A stretch of 33,911 bases of DNA from the NCBI GenBank assembly GCA_023379075.1, contig JAMCSO010000041.1:1-33911 (forward strand). The letters are read 5' to 3'. The DNA comes from Candidatus Marsarchaeota archaeon. Its GTDB lineage: Archaea; Micrarchaeota; Micrarchaeia; Micrarchaeales; CABMGC01. A model generated the notes under the pieces. That model ran no database searches and was not told the DNA's origin. It saw only the letters and a program-made list of their open reading frames with translations. Each line of letters opens with the position of its first letter. Position 1 is the first letter of the stretch. A program made the translations under genes and the position numbers. This document shows positions 8,883 through 17,961 of this stretch, one piece after another.

Positions 8883-9278
8883 ATGACTTTCAGAGATCGA
8901 AAGAGTAGGGAGGGCAATTCCATCCAGGATTTAAGAGAAGCTCAGCGGAGAAGAGATAGAATAGAAGAAGGGCGCGTGACTTGGGAATACTACAAATCGA
9001 AGCTTGATCGTGAGGCAAAGGAGCTGAGACGGAAGAAAGGAGAGAGAACAAAGAAGGCCTTCAAGGCAGCTGGAGTCATGCTCTTGGCAGGATATATGGC
9101 GCATGTTACGGTGGAATCATACAGTGTATTTAACAAAACGAACCTTCTGCCAACAAGCATACTGAATAGGGAGTGGAATACTATAGCAAATGTTATCCAT
9201 GGAACAATGATAACGCTAGACATTATATTCGTTGCTGTGGTAATATTTGTATATAAAGAGATAAAAAGAAAACCCTGA
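8883..9278 (+). CDS. Hypothetical protein: highly charged N-terminal half plus two C-terminal hydrophobic helices
   Basis: 131-aa ATG-initiated ORF with no competing gene on the other strand. R/K/E-rich residues 1-60, then AAGVMLLAGYMAHV and ITLDIIFVAVVIFVY helices. No family recognised. Confidence 0.45.
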   Translation: MTFRDRKSREGNSIQDLREAQRRRDRIEEGRVTWEYYKSKLDREAKELRRKKGERTKKAFKAAGVMLLAGYMAHVTVESYSVFNKTNLLPTSILNREWNTIANVIHGTMITLDIIFVAVVIFVYKEIKRKP

Positions 9279-9279
9279 T

Positions 9280-9993
9280 TCAGCCCCACATCTCGGCCTT
9301 TATGTGCTTCTGGTCAACGCCCAGTGAGAACAGAGCTTGCTTTAATGCATTGACAAATGCAGGAGGGCCACAGATGTAGCTTACCCTGTCTACAACGTCG
9401 GGAGCATACTTTTTTATCATCTCGGCATTGACATGTCCAGTATCTCCTTTCCATGTATCATTCTCTTTCGGGCGCGTGACAGTTACCGCAAGTTTTACGC
9501 CCAACTCGGAGGTTATCTGGCTGAGCTCTTCTTGCTCTATTATATCGTCAGAGTACTTCGTGCTGTATATCAGAACCCCATCAATCTGCTGGCTTCTGGC
9601 CTTTGATAGGCGAAGCATAGAAAAGAATGGGGCTAATCCGGTTCCACCAGCAAGGAAAAGAAATTTTGTTCCGGAATTTAGGTCGAACTTGAATTGCCCG
9701 TATGGAGCAGAAATATAGTAAACATCGCCTATCTTTGCTGTGTCAAGCTTTGAAGTGAACTTTCCGTGGACAAGAGATATAAGAAACTCAAGGCTTTGGG
9801 AAGGAGGTGCATTTGCTATGGAAAATGCTCTGCCTATAGATTCGCCAGTCTCCTGATTCTTGTAATAGAGCATGGCAAACATTCCTGGAACAAAGTCTAT
9901 GCTTGTTCCGTCTTGTGCTTCGAAGGTAAATGCACTCACTTCTGGTGTTGACTTCTTAATCTTCTTTAGTACATAAGGTCGGTTAAGTATCAT
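9280..9993 (-). CDS. FAD/NAD(P)-binding oxidoreductase of the ferredoxin-NADP reductase-like family
   Basis: RAFSIANAP (RxYS-type FAD motif) and LFLAGGTGLAPF (NAD(P) motif). 237 aa, no Fe-S domain. Confidence 0.75.
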   Translation of the reverse strand: MILNRPYVLKKIKKSTPEVSAFTFEAQDGTSIDFVPGMFAMLYYKNQETGESIGRAFSIANAPPSQSLEFLISLVHGKFTSKLDTAKIGDVYYISAPYGQFKFDLNSGTKFLFLAGGTGLAPFFSMLRLSKARSQQIDGVLIYSTKYSDDIIEQEELSQITSELGVKLAVTVTRPKENDTWKGDTGHVNAEMIKKYAPDVVDRVSYICGPPAFVNALKQALFSLGVDQKHIKAEMWG

Positions 9994-10051
9994 GAAGTCT
10001 ACCTTTTCATATATGCAAGTGCCTTATTAAAATGCTTTAGATCAAGCAGAC

Positions 10052-10396
10052 CTAATTAGATTTGGCATTTGTTATGCCTTCGACTGTCTTCTCGAACTTC
10101 TCGATTGACTTTATCACTTCTTTCAGTTTAGGGTTAATGTTATAACCGAGATCGTAGCCTCTTTCAGTTCGCATGTGAGTAGGCTGTAGAACATTTAGAT
10201 TCATTGAAAGATTTCTTAATGTTATTATTAGGGTCTTCCGTGTGAAACTCTTCCCAAGTACAGAATATAGCTCTCGTGTAGTCCTTGGAGACTTAAGCAT
10301 TAATAATTTAAGAACTGCGTAATTGGGCTTGCTTAGAAGCTTCCTTATTACCCATATATCATCATCTCCTTCCCTTTGAATTGATGCTCTTGCCAT
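10052..10396 (-). CDS. Small putative winged-helix DNA-binding protein
   Basis: 114 aa. The segment YAVLKLLMLKSPRTTRELYSVLGKSFTRKTLIITLRNL looks like an ArsR/MarR-like wHTH. The call is weak. Confidence 0.4.
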   Translation of the reverse strand: MARASIQREGDDDIWVIRKLLSKPNYAVLKLLMLKSPRTTRELYSVLGKSFTRKTLIITLRNLSMNLNVLQPTHMRTERGYDLGYNINPKLKEVIKSIEKFEKTVEGITNAKSN

Positions 10397-10553
10397 TTTT
10401 ATACCTTCTGAATTGACATGTATAATTAAACATCAAGTTTTATAAACATATACTTGTTGTAAACCGCGTATCCAAAATATATTTGAATATATCTTGATTG
10501 TTGCTCATTCTCGCCATCTTTTTTTCTTTTATAAAAGTAAATGTTTATATATT

Positions 10554-11903
10554 ATGGTAAAGATATTATATTTTGGTATTATGTCTTCCATCAAGGATTC
10601 AGAGGGGGTGCTGCTTATTGAGAGAAAGCATGTCGGGGGAAAGCGCATTGCAGAGAGTGAATTTTCTGAAGTGGTTTTGCTAGGCAAGGAACAGGTATAC
10701 CTTGTTGGGAAGTGTCTCTCTTCAAGGGAGTTCTCCCTTCTCTCTTCAGCAATTGAGAGAGTAAGGTTGACTGGAGAAGGTACAGAAAGTGGTGAGGCCA
10801 CATCCATTGCTCATGAATATTTATCCAGAAATCTTGATGCTGGGGCTGCAGGGCGTTTGGCCGGCCTTTCCGCAAAGCTCTCGGAACGCGGTGGAGTTAT
10901 GAAAGTGATATTCATGGATCCTGATGTTGAGAGGGTTTTGGTTCGGCAGCATGGAGGTGCGTTGATTGTTATAACGAAAAGCTGCGGTGCATGCTCCTCG
11001 AACATTAAAGTTGTTGAGAAGAACATTAAGAAGCTCTCGTTTGTTGTGCGGGAATGCATGATGCAAGATAAAATAGAATTTTTGGACAGCCCTAAGAAAA
11101 CGGCGCTCAGATCGATTCTTAGATCTTATACTAATGACTTCTTTGAGGGGAGAGCCGCGAACAGGAAGTTTATATGTCCCGAATTGATGGCGTATCTGCA
11201 CATGGCGATGGAGACAGGAAATAATATTATTGTTGCTGGGGCTCATGGGAGGATAACACTTCTTAATCTGATGGCACACCTCGTTCCGCAGGATACAAAG
11301 ACCCTGATGTCAGGGATCTCTTTGGAGGATTCCAATAAGAGAAACAGAAAGTACATCCTTTGCGAGGATAAGCCAATAAACAGAGCGAGATCGGTCTGCC
11401 TGCTTGCAGATTCTATTGCTCCAGACTTGCTTATTATTGAAGATGCAGGCAGGGAACTAGGAGAGCTCCTGAAAAGAACAGCCTCTGGGATGAACATTAT
11501 CGCTTCTATAGAGAGCAACTCCCTTGATATACTTTGGACCCTGAGATCTTTGAGATTCGGCCTTACGCCAGCAATAATAGGCATTTTGGATATCCTTATA
11601 TTTGTTGATGTAAATGGGAATTACACAGTCTCTGAGCTCAAATGGCTGAGTAGAGGCGAGACATTTGATGGCAAAAGCTTTGGTGAGGACCTGCTGGAAG
11701 AAGCCAATCTCTTCTGTTCTTCAGTATTCATAGAGAAGAATCTGAATACATCAAAGGTAATAATAGAGTATGCAAAGATAAACGGTCTCTCGACAAAGAG
11801 GGCAGTGGCTGCATTTAATGATAGAGTGCATGCTTTGAGCTGTGGAGATATTTATAGTGGGCTTGAATCTGCAAGGTTATCTCCGAGTTTTGTTTATGGA
11901 TAA
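10554..11903 (+). CDS. FlaI/VirB11/GspE-like secretion-ATPase homologue with degenerate nucleotide-binding motifs
   Basis: Colinear resemblance to type II/IV secretion ATPases: MDPDVERVLV (DPxIEDI-like), PELMAYLHMAMETGNNIIVAGAHGRITLLNLM (Walker A position reads GAHGRIT, no Lys), PDLLIIEDAGRELGE (Walker B/Glu position) and SGMNIIASIES (His-box position, no His). ATG 10554 follows a TTTTATAAAA element; the alternative start is ATG 10581. Confidence 0.55.
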   Translation: MVKILYFGIMSSIKDSEGVLLIERKHVGGKRIAESEFSEVVLLGKEQVYLVGKCLSSREFSLLSSAIERVRLTGEGTESGEATSIAHEYLSRNLDAGAAGRLAGLSAKLSERGGVMKVIFMDPDVERVLVRQHGGALIVITKSCGACSSNIKVVEKNIKKLSFVVRECMMQDKIEFLDSPKKTALRSILRSYTNDFFEGRAANRKFICPELMAYLHMAMETGNNIIVAGAHGRITLLNLMAHLVPQDTKTLMSGISLEDSNKRNRKYILCEDKPINRARSVCLLADSIAPDLLIIEDAGRELGELLKRTASGMNIIASIESNSLDILWTLRSLRFGLTPAIIGILDILIFVDVNGNYTVSELKWLSRGETFDGKSFGEDLLEEANLFCSSVFIEKNLNTSKVIIEYAKINGLSTKRAVAAFNDRVHALSCGDIYSGLESARLSPSFVYG

Positions 11904-11939
11904 AAAGAAATATATTTGCGTTTATCTTACTCTGATGCA

Positions 11940-12854
11940 ATGACAAAACCAGAGTGGCTTACCATAAAGCCGGCATCGACTGAAAGATATGCCGAGATAA
12001 AGGAGAGCATACGCTCTGAGGGGCTGCATACGGTTTGTGTTGAAGCGCACTGCCCAAACATAACAGAGTGTTGGAGTGGAGGCACAGCTACATTCATGGT
12101 TCTGGGAGATGTTTGCACAAGAGGATGCAGGTTCTGTGCGGTTGCGAAGAAGGCTTCGGGTAATGCGCCAGATGAGAACGAGCCAGAGAAACTTGGAAGA
12201 ATAATCAAGCTATGGGGGCTTGATTATGTAGTGATAACATCGGTATGCAGGGATGACCTCAAAGACCATGGTGCAGAACACATCTCAAGATGCGTTGAGG
12301 AAATAAGAAGAGAGAACCCATATACGATAATAGAAGTACTTTCGCCAGATTTTAGGGGAGATTATGAGTGTATTGAGAGGCTTGTAAGTTCGAAGCCGGA
12401 TGTTATAGGAAATAATATAGAGACCGTCAAGAGGCTTAGCCCGTTTGTGAGGGACAGGCGCGCAGATTACATGCAGACTCTTGAGTTTCTTAAGGGAATA
12501 AAGAAGATTAATCCTGAGATATACACAAAATCAGCGATAATGCTCGGCATTGGTGAGAGCTCTGAGGAGATTATCGAAGCTTTTAATGATCTTAGGAATG
12601 CGGGGGTTGACTTTCTCGCTGTAGGGCAATATCTAAGGCCAAGCTTAGCTCAAATAGAGGTTAAGGAGTATGTCAGCCCGGAGAGGTTTGCAGAATTGAA
12701 GAAGTTTGGGGAAGACATAGGATTTGAGTATGTTGCTTCTGGGCCGTTTGTGAGAAGCTCTTACAGGGCTGGGGAGTTCTTCGTCAAAAGAGCCTTAAGC
12801 CAGAAAAGAGGATCTAATCATAAAAGCTTTGACCTCGCTTCTCCCACAAGGTAG
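11940..12854 (+). CDS. lipA: Lipoyl synthase
   Basis: CVEAHCPNITECW plus the radical-SAM CTRGCRFCAV motifs. ATG 11940 is preferred to the TTG at 11916. TAG stop. Confidence 0.9.
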   Translation: MTKPEWLTIKPASTERYAEIKESIRSEGLHTVCVEAHCPNITECWSGGTATFMVLGDVCTRGCRFCAVAKKASGNAPDENEPEKLGRIIKLWGLDYVVITSVCRDDLKDHGAEHISRCVEEIRRENPYTIIEVLSPDFRGDYECIERLVSSKPDVIGNNIETVKRLSPFVRDRRADYMQTLEFLKGIKKINPEIYTKSAIMLGIGESSEEIIEAFNDLRNAGVDFLAVGQYLRPSLAQIEVKEYVSPERFAELKKFGEDIGFEYVASGPFVRSSYRAGEFFVKRALSQKRGSNHKSFDLASPTR

Positions 12855-14128
12855 AGCGATCCCGTTATACATATAACATCGTCAGTTGATGACTCACTGA
12901 GGGCTTTCTTCCACGCCTGCCCAAAATTATCGAATGACTCGGAGCCGGCAGAGAGGGAAGAGAGATATGCGGGATTATAAGACATTCTTCTCCCAAAGTC
13001 TGTGTTTGACTCGAATGCGGTGAAGTAAAACTTTGAGGAGAGAGGGGCAAGCGCCTTAATCATCTCGTTTACATTCTTGTCCTTCTTTGCAGCAAATATT
13101 ACCTTGAGGCTGCGACCCCTAAGACGAGCCTTCAGGGTCTTTACAAGAGCTTCAATCTTCATTGGATTGTGCGCCCCGTCGAGTATCACTTCTGGATTTT
13201 TCATGATGATCTCGAACCTTCCAGGAATATTAAGATGAAGAAGACCTTCGCGAACAGACCTTTCAGAGGCCTTGAAACCGTGAGATTTTAACGCAAGAAC
13301 CGCGCTTATTGCAAGTGCAGCATTGGCCACCTGATGCTCACCGAGAATGCTCATTGTCAAGCCAGTATATCGCTTATTCTCGGTTATGAGATCAAATCTG
13401 GTTCCTTCATCGATTGTTTTGATATTGTATATTATATCCTTTCCTAACAGCTTCAGATCTGCTCTTTCTTCTTTTGACTTCTTTTCCAGTATCTTCACCA
13501 CTGAAGGCTGCAAAGCCCCAGAGATTACAGATATTCCAGGTTTTATTATGCCGGATTTATCGGTTGCGATCTCGTCTACAGTATCGCCAAGAATCTCTGT
13601 GTGATCAAGGCCTACGTTTGTTATTATTGCAACTTTAGGAAGGATTACGTTTGTACCATCATATCTGCCCCCAAGGCCTACTTCTATTACACCTATTTCA
13701 ACCCCGGCCTCCTTGAAGTGTTGGAAAGATAGGGCTAGGAGGGCTTCAAAGTAGGTAGGCAGCCCCCACCCGCTTCTCCTGGAAAGGCATTCAGAGTATA
13801 CTGAAAGATTATTTACTAGGCGTACAAAGGCAGGCTTAGACATGATGCGCATGTTGACCTGCGCCCGTTCGCGCATATCTTCTAGATGCGGAGAGATGTG
13901 CAAGCCGACCTTGTATCCGGATCGCATAAGCATGCTTGCAATCATTGTAGAAGTTGAACCCTTTCCTGCGGTACCACCAATGTGGACAGCGGGGTATGCG
14001 TTCTGTGGATTTCCCATCAGCTGAAGGAGTGCACTCATTCTTCCAAGTCCCTCGCCTTCATTACTCTTTTTATTGAATGGAAGAGATTCCAGATACGCTT
14101 TTGCCTCTGAAAATGTTTTGATCTCCAT
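12818..14128 (-). CDS. folC: Folylpolyglutamate synthase / dihydrofolate synthase (Mur ligase family)
   Basis: HIGGTAGKGSTSTMIASML P-loop and GLDHTEILG. ATG 14128 is preceded by GTGAG; the ORF track start is GTG 14137. The 3' end overlaps lipA convergently by 37 nt. Confidence 0.85.
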   Translation of the reverse strand: MEIKTFSEAKAYLESLPFNKKSNEGEGLGRMSALLQLMGNPQNAYPAVHIGGTAGKGSTSTMIASMLMRSGYKVGLHISPHLEDMRERAQVNMRIMSKPAFVRLVNNLSVYSECLSRRSGWGLPTYFEALLALSFQHFKEAGVEIGVIEVGLGGRYDGTNVILPKVAIITNVGLDHTEILGDTVDEIATDKSGIIKPGISVISGALQPSVVKILEKKSKEERADLKLLGKDIIYNIKTIDEGTRFDLITENKRYTGLTMSILGEHQVANAALAISAVLALKSHGFKASERSVREGLLHLNIPGRFEIIMKNPEVILDGAHNPMKIEALVKTLKARLRGRSLKVIFAAKKDKNVNEMIKALAPLSSKFYFTAFESNTDFGRRMSYNPAYLSSLSAGSESFDNFGQAWKKALSESSTDDVICITGSLYLVGEARSKLL

Positions 14129-14226
14129 GGAGCTCACAAAAAGCTACTCAGATCTATCGAGGAACAGTTGCCCGAACAATTGTATTGAACTAAATAAATA
14201 TTAATATCAATGCGCTAATCTTTACC

Positions 14227-14739
14227 ATGAAGACAATAATGTATCTTGCGATGACACTGAACGGGAAGATAGCAGATGGCAGAGGCTCAATAGGCTTCTC
14301 CTCAGATAACGAGTGGAATTTATTCCAGGAGGAGATGGGGAAATGGGGAAATATCATAATGGGAAGAAGGACTTTTGAGGTAAGTTTGAAGGCAGGGGTC
14401 TTTCCATATAATGGCTTGAATATAGTAATGACTAAAGAGAAGATCAGAAACAGATGGGGCGAGAGTGTGATATTTTTTGGCGGGTCACCGGCAGAAGCAC
14501 TAAGGCTCCTTGATGATCGCGGATTTGAGATAGCATACATTGGTGGAGGAGGCATGTTGAATTACTCTTTTCTTAAAGAGGGGTTAATAGATGAGATAAT
14601 GGTCGATGTAGAGCCTGCAGTAATTGGGGTTGGTGTTGGGCTTCTTGCAGAAGAGGAGATAAGAAGCAAACTTAAGCTTATTGATGTAAAAAGGATATCA
14701 GAAGATGAGGTTCAGCTAAGGTATTCTGTGATAAGGTAA
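14227..14739 (+). CDS. RibD C-terminal domain / dihydrofolate reductase-family protein
   Basis: MYLAMTLNGKIADG...IMGRRTFE...YIGGGGMLNYSFLKEGLIDEI pattern of the bifunctional deaminase-reductase C-terminal (DHFR-like) fold. 170 aa. Confidence 0.7.
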   Translation: MKTIMYLAMTLNGKIADGRGSIGFSSDNEWNLFQEEMGKWGNIIMGRRTFEVSLKAGVFPYNGLNIVMTKEKIRNRWGESVIFFGGSPAEALRLLDDRGFEIAYIGGGGMLNYSFLKEGLIDEIMVDVEPAVIGVGVGLLAEEEIRSKLKLIDVKRISEDEVQLRYSVIR

Positions 14740-14743
14740 GATC

Positions 14744-15184
14744 ATGAAGAGAGTTATGGCATTCGGTTCTTTTGACATTTTGCACCTGGGGCATCTTCTA
14801 TATCTGAAAAAAGCAAGGATGCTTGGCGATTTTTTGATAGTGGTTGTTGCGAGGGATAAGAGCATTGAAAGTATGAAAGGAAGGGCACCGATCATGAATG
14901 AAAAGGCGAGGCTGGCTCTGGTTTCGTCATTGAGGATCGTTGATCTGGCAGTGCTTGGGGAGAAGCTTCCTGGACAGGCATCGAGATATGAGGTCTTGAG
15001 AAAGTATAAGCCTGACGTGATAGCCCTTGGTTACGACCAGAAGGTCGATATTGGCGAGCTGAAAAAATGGCTCTCTTCTAATGGAATCAAGGCAAGAGTT
15101 GTTAGGATACATGGAAAAGCTGATGAAAAAGTATTCAAGAGTTCTCTGATTAAGCGAAAGCTTGCCATCTATCTAAAGAGATAG
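14744..15184 (+). CDS. ribL: Cytidylyltransferase-fold FAD synthase (archaeal RibL type)
   Basis: AFGSFDILHLGHLLYLKKARMLGDFLIVVVARD (HxGH nucleotidyltransferase motif). Size (146 aa) and layout are as in archaeal RibL. Confidence 0.75.
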   Translation: MKRVMAFGSFDILHLGHLLYLKKARMLGDFLIVVVARDKSIESMKGRAPIMNEKARLALVSSLRIVDLAVLGEKLPGQASRYEVLRKYKPDVIALGYDQKVDIGELKKWLSSNGIKARVVRIHGKADEKVFKSSLIKRKLAIYLKR

Positions 15185-15186
15185 AA

Positions 15187-16503
15187 TCAGATTATCTTAT
15201 TGTCTTTCGTCTCTTTTATGAAAGATATAAATATTATTGATAGGATGCAGATGCCAATCGAGACAAACGCTATCTTGGGCCATGCCGCAGTCAGCGTTCC
15301 TGAACTTATTATGATTGCAGGTAGGATGAATGTTGTTAGCACGCCTGCAAGTACTCCGCCAAATTGATTTGATAGGCCGACTCCAGAGTACCTATATTTT
15401 GTAACAAATTGCTCGGCAAGAAAAATTGGTATAACTCCAGCGGCTATGAATATTGAGCCTATGAGAAGCAACTGCGCCAATATTATGAGAGCATAGCTCC
15501 CGGTATTGATAAGCATGAAATAAGGATACGCAAATATCATAGTCAATAGTGCAGATAAGTATAGTGTCTTCTTTCTGCCGATCTTATCGCTGATAAATGC
15601 ACCGCATATTGCAGTGAATATTGCGAATATTCCCCCAAGAATGACAGATACCGTTGCAAAAGCCACATTGCCGTTAAGGATGATGTGGGAAATGTATGTT
15701 TCAGAGAAAGGCACGGCTTCAAGGCTGATCACACTGGCAGCGAATTCTGGAGCTATTGCAAGCGTGAGTATGAGGCGCCAGTTAGATTTAATTATTGTTA
15801 GTGCGGGAGTCTTGTCGACCTTCTTGCTTCCCAGCTTCTTAAATAGAGGGCTCTCGCCAAGGAAGTACCTTATCGCCACACCTATAACTATCAGCACAGC
15901 ACCAAAGAAGAAAGGTATTCGCCATCCGTTGTTTATGAAGGCAGCCTTCTCAGAGGAGGGAGCAGCTAGGAATAGAAAGAAGACTACTGCGCTGCTTATC
16001 ACAAGGCCTATCGCAGTAGCTATCTGCACCCAACTAGTCCAGAAAGCCCTGTTCTTTGATCTTGAGACGAATTCGGAAGTCCATGCTATTGCTCCCCCAT
16101 ACTCGCCTCCGGCACCAATTCCGAAAAGAATCCTGAAAAGTATAACCATTATTGGTGCTGCAATTCCTATTGCTGCGTATGATGGAACCAATGCAATACC
16201 AAGCGTGCTTATTCCCATTGTGGAGAGCGTCCACATCAGCATTTTCTTGCGACCAAAGCGGTCGCCTAGATGTCCGAAGATGAATGCACCTATAGGCCTG
16301 AATAAGAGTGTAACTGCAGCGCTTGATATGGATAGCGCAAGCCCCACATCGGCAGAGGCTGATGGAAAAAAGACAGTTGGCCATGCAATTGAAGCAACAA
16401 GAAGAGCTATGAAATAATCATAATAGTCGATGGTGGTTCCTATCGCTGCCGCAAAAGTCACTTTGGGTATCTCCTTATTATAATCCTGCACACGGAAGCT
16501 CAT
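15187..16503 (-). CDS. MFS transporter (metabolite:H+ symporter-like)
   Basis: About 12 hydrophobic helices and the GHLGDRFGRKKML loop 2-3 signature. 438 aa. Confidence 0.8.
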   Translation of the reverse strand: MSFRVQDYNKEIPKVTFAAAIGTTIDYYDYFIALLVASIAWPTVFFPSASADVGLALSISSAAVTLLFRPIGAFIFGHLGDRFGRKKMLMWTLSTMGISTLGIALVPSYAAIGIAAPIMVILFRILFGIGAGGEYGGAIAWTSEFVSRSKNRAFWTSWVQIATAIGLVISSAVVFFLFLAAPSSEKAAFINNGWRIPFFFGAVLIVIGVAIRYFLGESPLFKKLGSKKVDKTPALTIIKSNWRLILTLAIAPEFAASVISLEAVPFSETYISHIILNGNVAFATVSVILGGIFAIFTAICGAFISDKIGRKKTLYLSALLTMIFAYPYFMLINTGSYALIILAQLLLIGSIFIAAGVIPIFLAEQFVTKYRYSGVGLSNQFGGVLAGVLTTFILPAIIISSGTLTAAWPKIAFVSIGICILSIIFISFIKETKDNKII

Positions 16504-16642
16504 TGAGAATACACCAACACAAGCATCTTAAGAAGACAATAAAAAGATTTAAACTTTTGCCTGTTTTGCCGATTGCTTTGAAGAGATGTGGCAGAGCATA
16601 GCAAGGTTATTAGAATCTTTTATCGATACTCTATAAAAAGAA

Positions 16643-17374
16643 ATGCTGCGGTGTTTGGGATTGGTATATGATTACAATTACCAGGACAGCAAGATCAGCA
16701 CAGGGATAGTAGGTCTTGATGCTATACTATTTGGAGGGATCCCTAAAAATAACCAGGTCCTTCTTACCGGGGCGGCTGGGACTGGAAAGACCTTGCTCTC
16801 ATTCGAGATACTTTATAGGAATGCGAAAGAGAGGAGGCCGTGCACATTCATAACGTTTGACGAGCATAGAACCTCGCTGCTTGAGAATGTCAGGAGCGCT
16901 TTCTCGGATTTCGATGACATAGAAGAGCTAATAGCAAAGAATATAATGATGATTTCGGAGCAGAGGCTTCTCGAGTCTTATGGAACAAGAGAGAACTTCG
17001 AGGCGTTCATATCGGGGCTAAACAAGACGATACGATTAAATAATTCCCAGCTTGTTGTCATAGACTCGATATCGCCAATAAGGCCGTTGTTCGATGATGA
17101 TAGGGTAGTCACAAGAGCCATAAACTTTCTTGCAGAGAACTTCAGGAACCTTGGAGTCACCACCCTCTTTACGCATGAAATTTATAATACAAATACTATA
17201 ATAGACGACCTTCTCGGAACATATATGTTTGATGGTCTCATAAAGCTTAACACGCTCGGAGAAGAGGGCAGCTTTCAGTTCCTTACAAGAGTTGTGAAGA
17301 TGAGAGGCACGGACCACAGCAATGTTTCCATGCCTTATGAAATTACGCCGAACGGCATAAATGTCTTCAGATAG
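16643..17374 (+). CDS. KaiC/RadA-like RecA-superfamily ATPase (single domain)
   Basis: ISTGIVGLDAILFGGIPKNNQVLLTGAAGTGKTLLSFEILY (Walker A) and LVVIDSISP (Walker B). 243 aa. Confidence 0.75.
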   Translation: MLRCLGLVYDYNYQDSKISTGIVGLDAILFGGIPKNNQVLLTGAAGTGKTLLSFEILYRNAKERRPCTFITFDEHRTSLLENVRSAFSDFDDIEELIAKNIMMISEQRLLESYGTRENFEAFISGLNKTIRLNNSQLVVIDSISPIRPLFDDDRVVTRAINFLAENFRNLGVTTLFTHEIYNTNTIIDDLLGTYMFDGLIKLNTLGEEGSFQFLTRVVKMRGTDHSNVSMPYEITPNGINVFR

Positions 17375-17882
17375 GCGCCAAGTGAGAGTGATGAGGAAGG
17401 AAAAGGATCAGTTCCTTAAGAAGATTGTAATCCCTGCATTCTTTACTGCGTTTGCCGCAACCGTGCTGGTACTCGCACTTAAGTATTTAAATTTTAGTAT
17501 AAGGTATGGGACTGGTTCATCGGGGATAATATTTGCTTCTTTTGGATCCAGTCTCTTTCTTCTATTTATGGCGCCGAAGTCAAAGACTGCGTCTGTAAGA
17601 AAGTTTGTCAAGAGCTATCTATTTGGAGGTGTGATAGGGGTTGCGGGAAGCACTATGCTTTCATATCTTCCCCTCTTCATGGTTGCCTTCATAATAATAT
17701 TTGTTGCATCTATTGTGCTCTTTATTTCAGACAGCGTACATCCCCCGGCAATAGCCATAGCCTTTGCATTCGTGCTGTTTAGGATAGATGTGTACGGGAT
17801 GGTGATAGTTGCTTCTACAGCTTTCCTGATAGTGCTTCTTAAGCTATTTTTTGACAGGTTTGTATATCCTTTTGAGAAGTAA
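17361..17882 (+). CDS. HPP-family integral membrane protein
   Basis: Four or five helices, FASFGSSLFLLFMAP and the SVHPPAIAIA (HPP) motif. Overlaps the KaiC-like gene by 14 nt; the alternative start is ATG 17391. Confidence 0.7.
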   Translation: MSSDRRQVRVMRKEKDQFLKKIVIPAFFTAFAATVLVLALKYLNFSIRYGTGSSGIIFASFGSSLFLLFMAPKSKTASVRKFVKSYLFGGVIGVAGSTMLSYLPLFMVAFIIIFVASIVLFISDSVHPPAIAIAFAFVLFRIDVYGMVIVASTAFLIVLLKLFFDRFVYPFEK

Positions 17883-17961
17883 CATTCTCCACATTAAAGA
17901 TGATAAATATGAGTATAATAGAAGATTTCAAGGCCTTCTCAACAAAGGCAATGCGCTGGAC

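Noticed and set aside
12818-12854. 37-nt convergent overlap of lipA and folC (and an 8-nt overlap of pyrI with the aminotransferase at 27760..27767) as regulatory antisense overlaps
   Set aside because: Short 3'-3' overlaps are common in compact archaeal genomes, and nothing else in the sequence suggests a special function.
15614-16417. 267-aa ORF antisense to the MFS transporter. Similar long antisense ORFs occur at 32861..33634, 29943..30548, 26376..26864, 4536..4901 and 10821..11279.
   Set aside because: Each lies fully inside a well-supported gene on the opposite strand. They have skewed, low-complexity Ser/Ile/Leu/Pro-rich composition and no recognisable motifs, which is typical of shadow ORFs.
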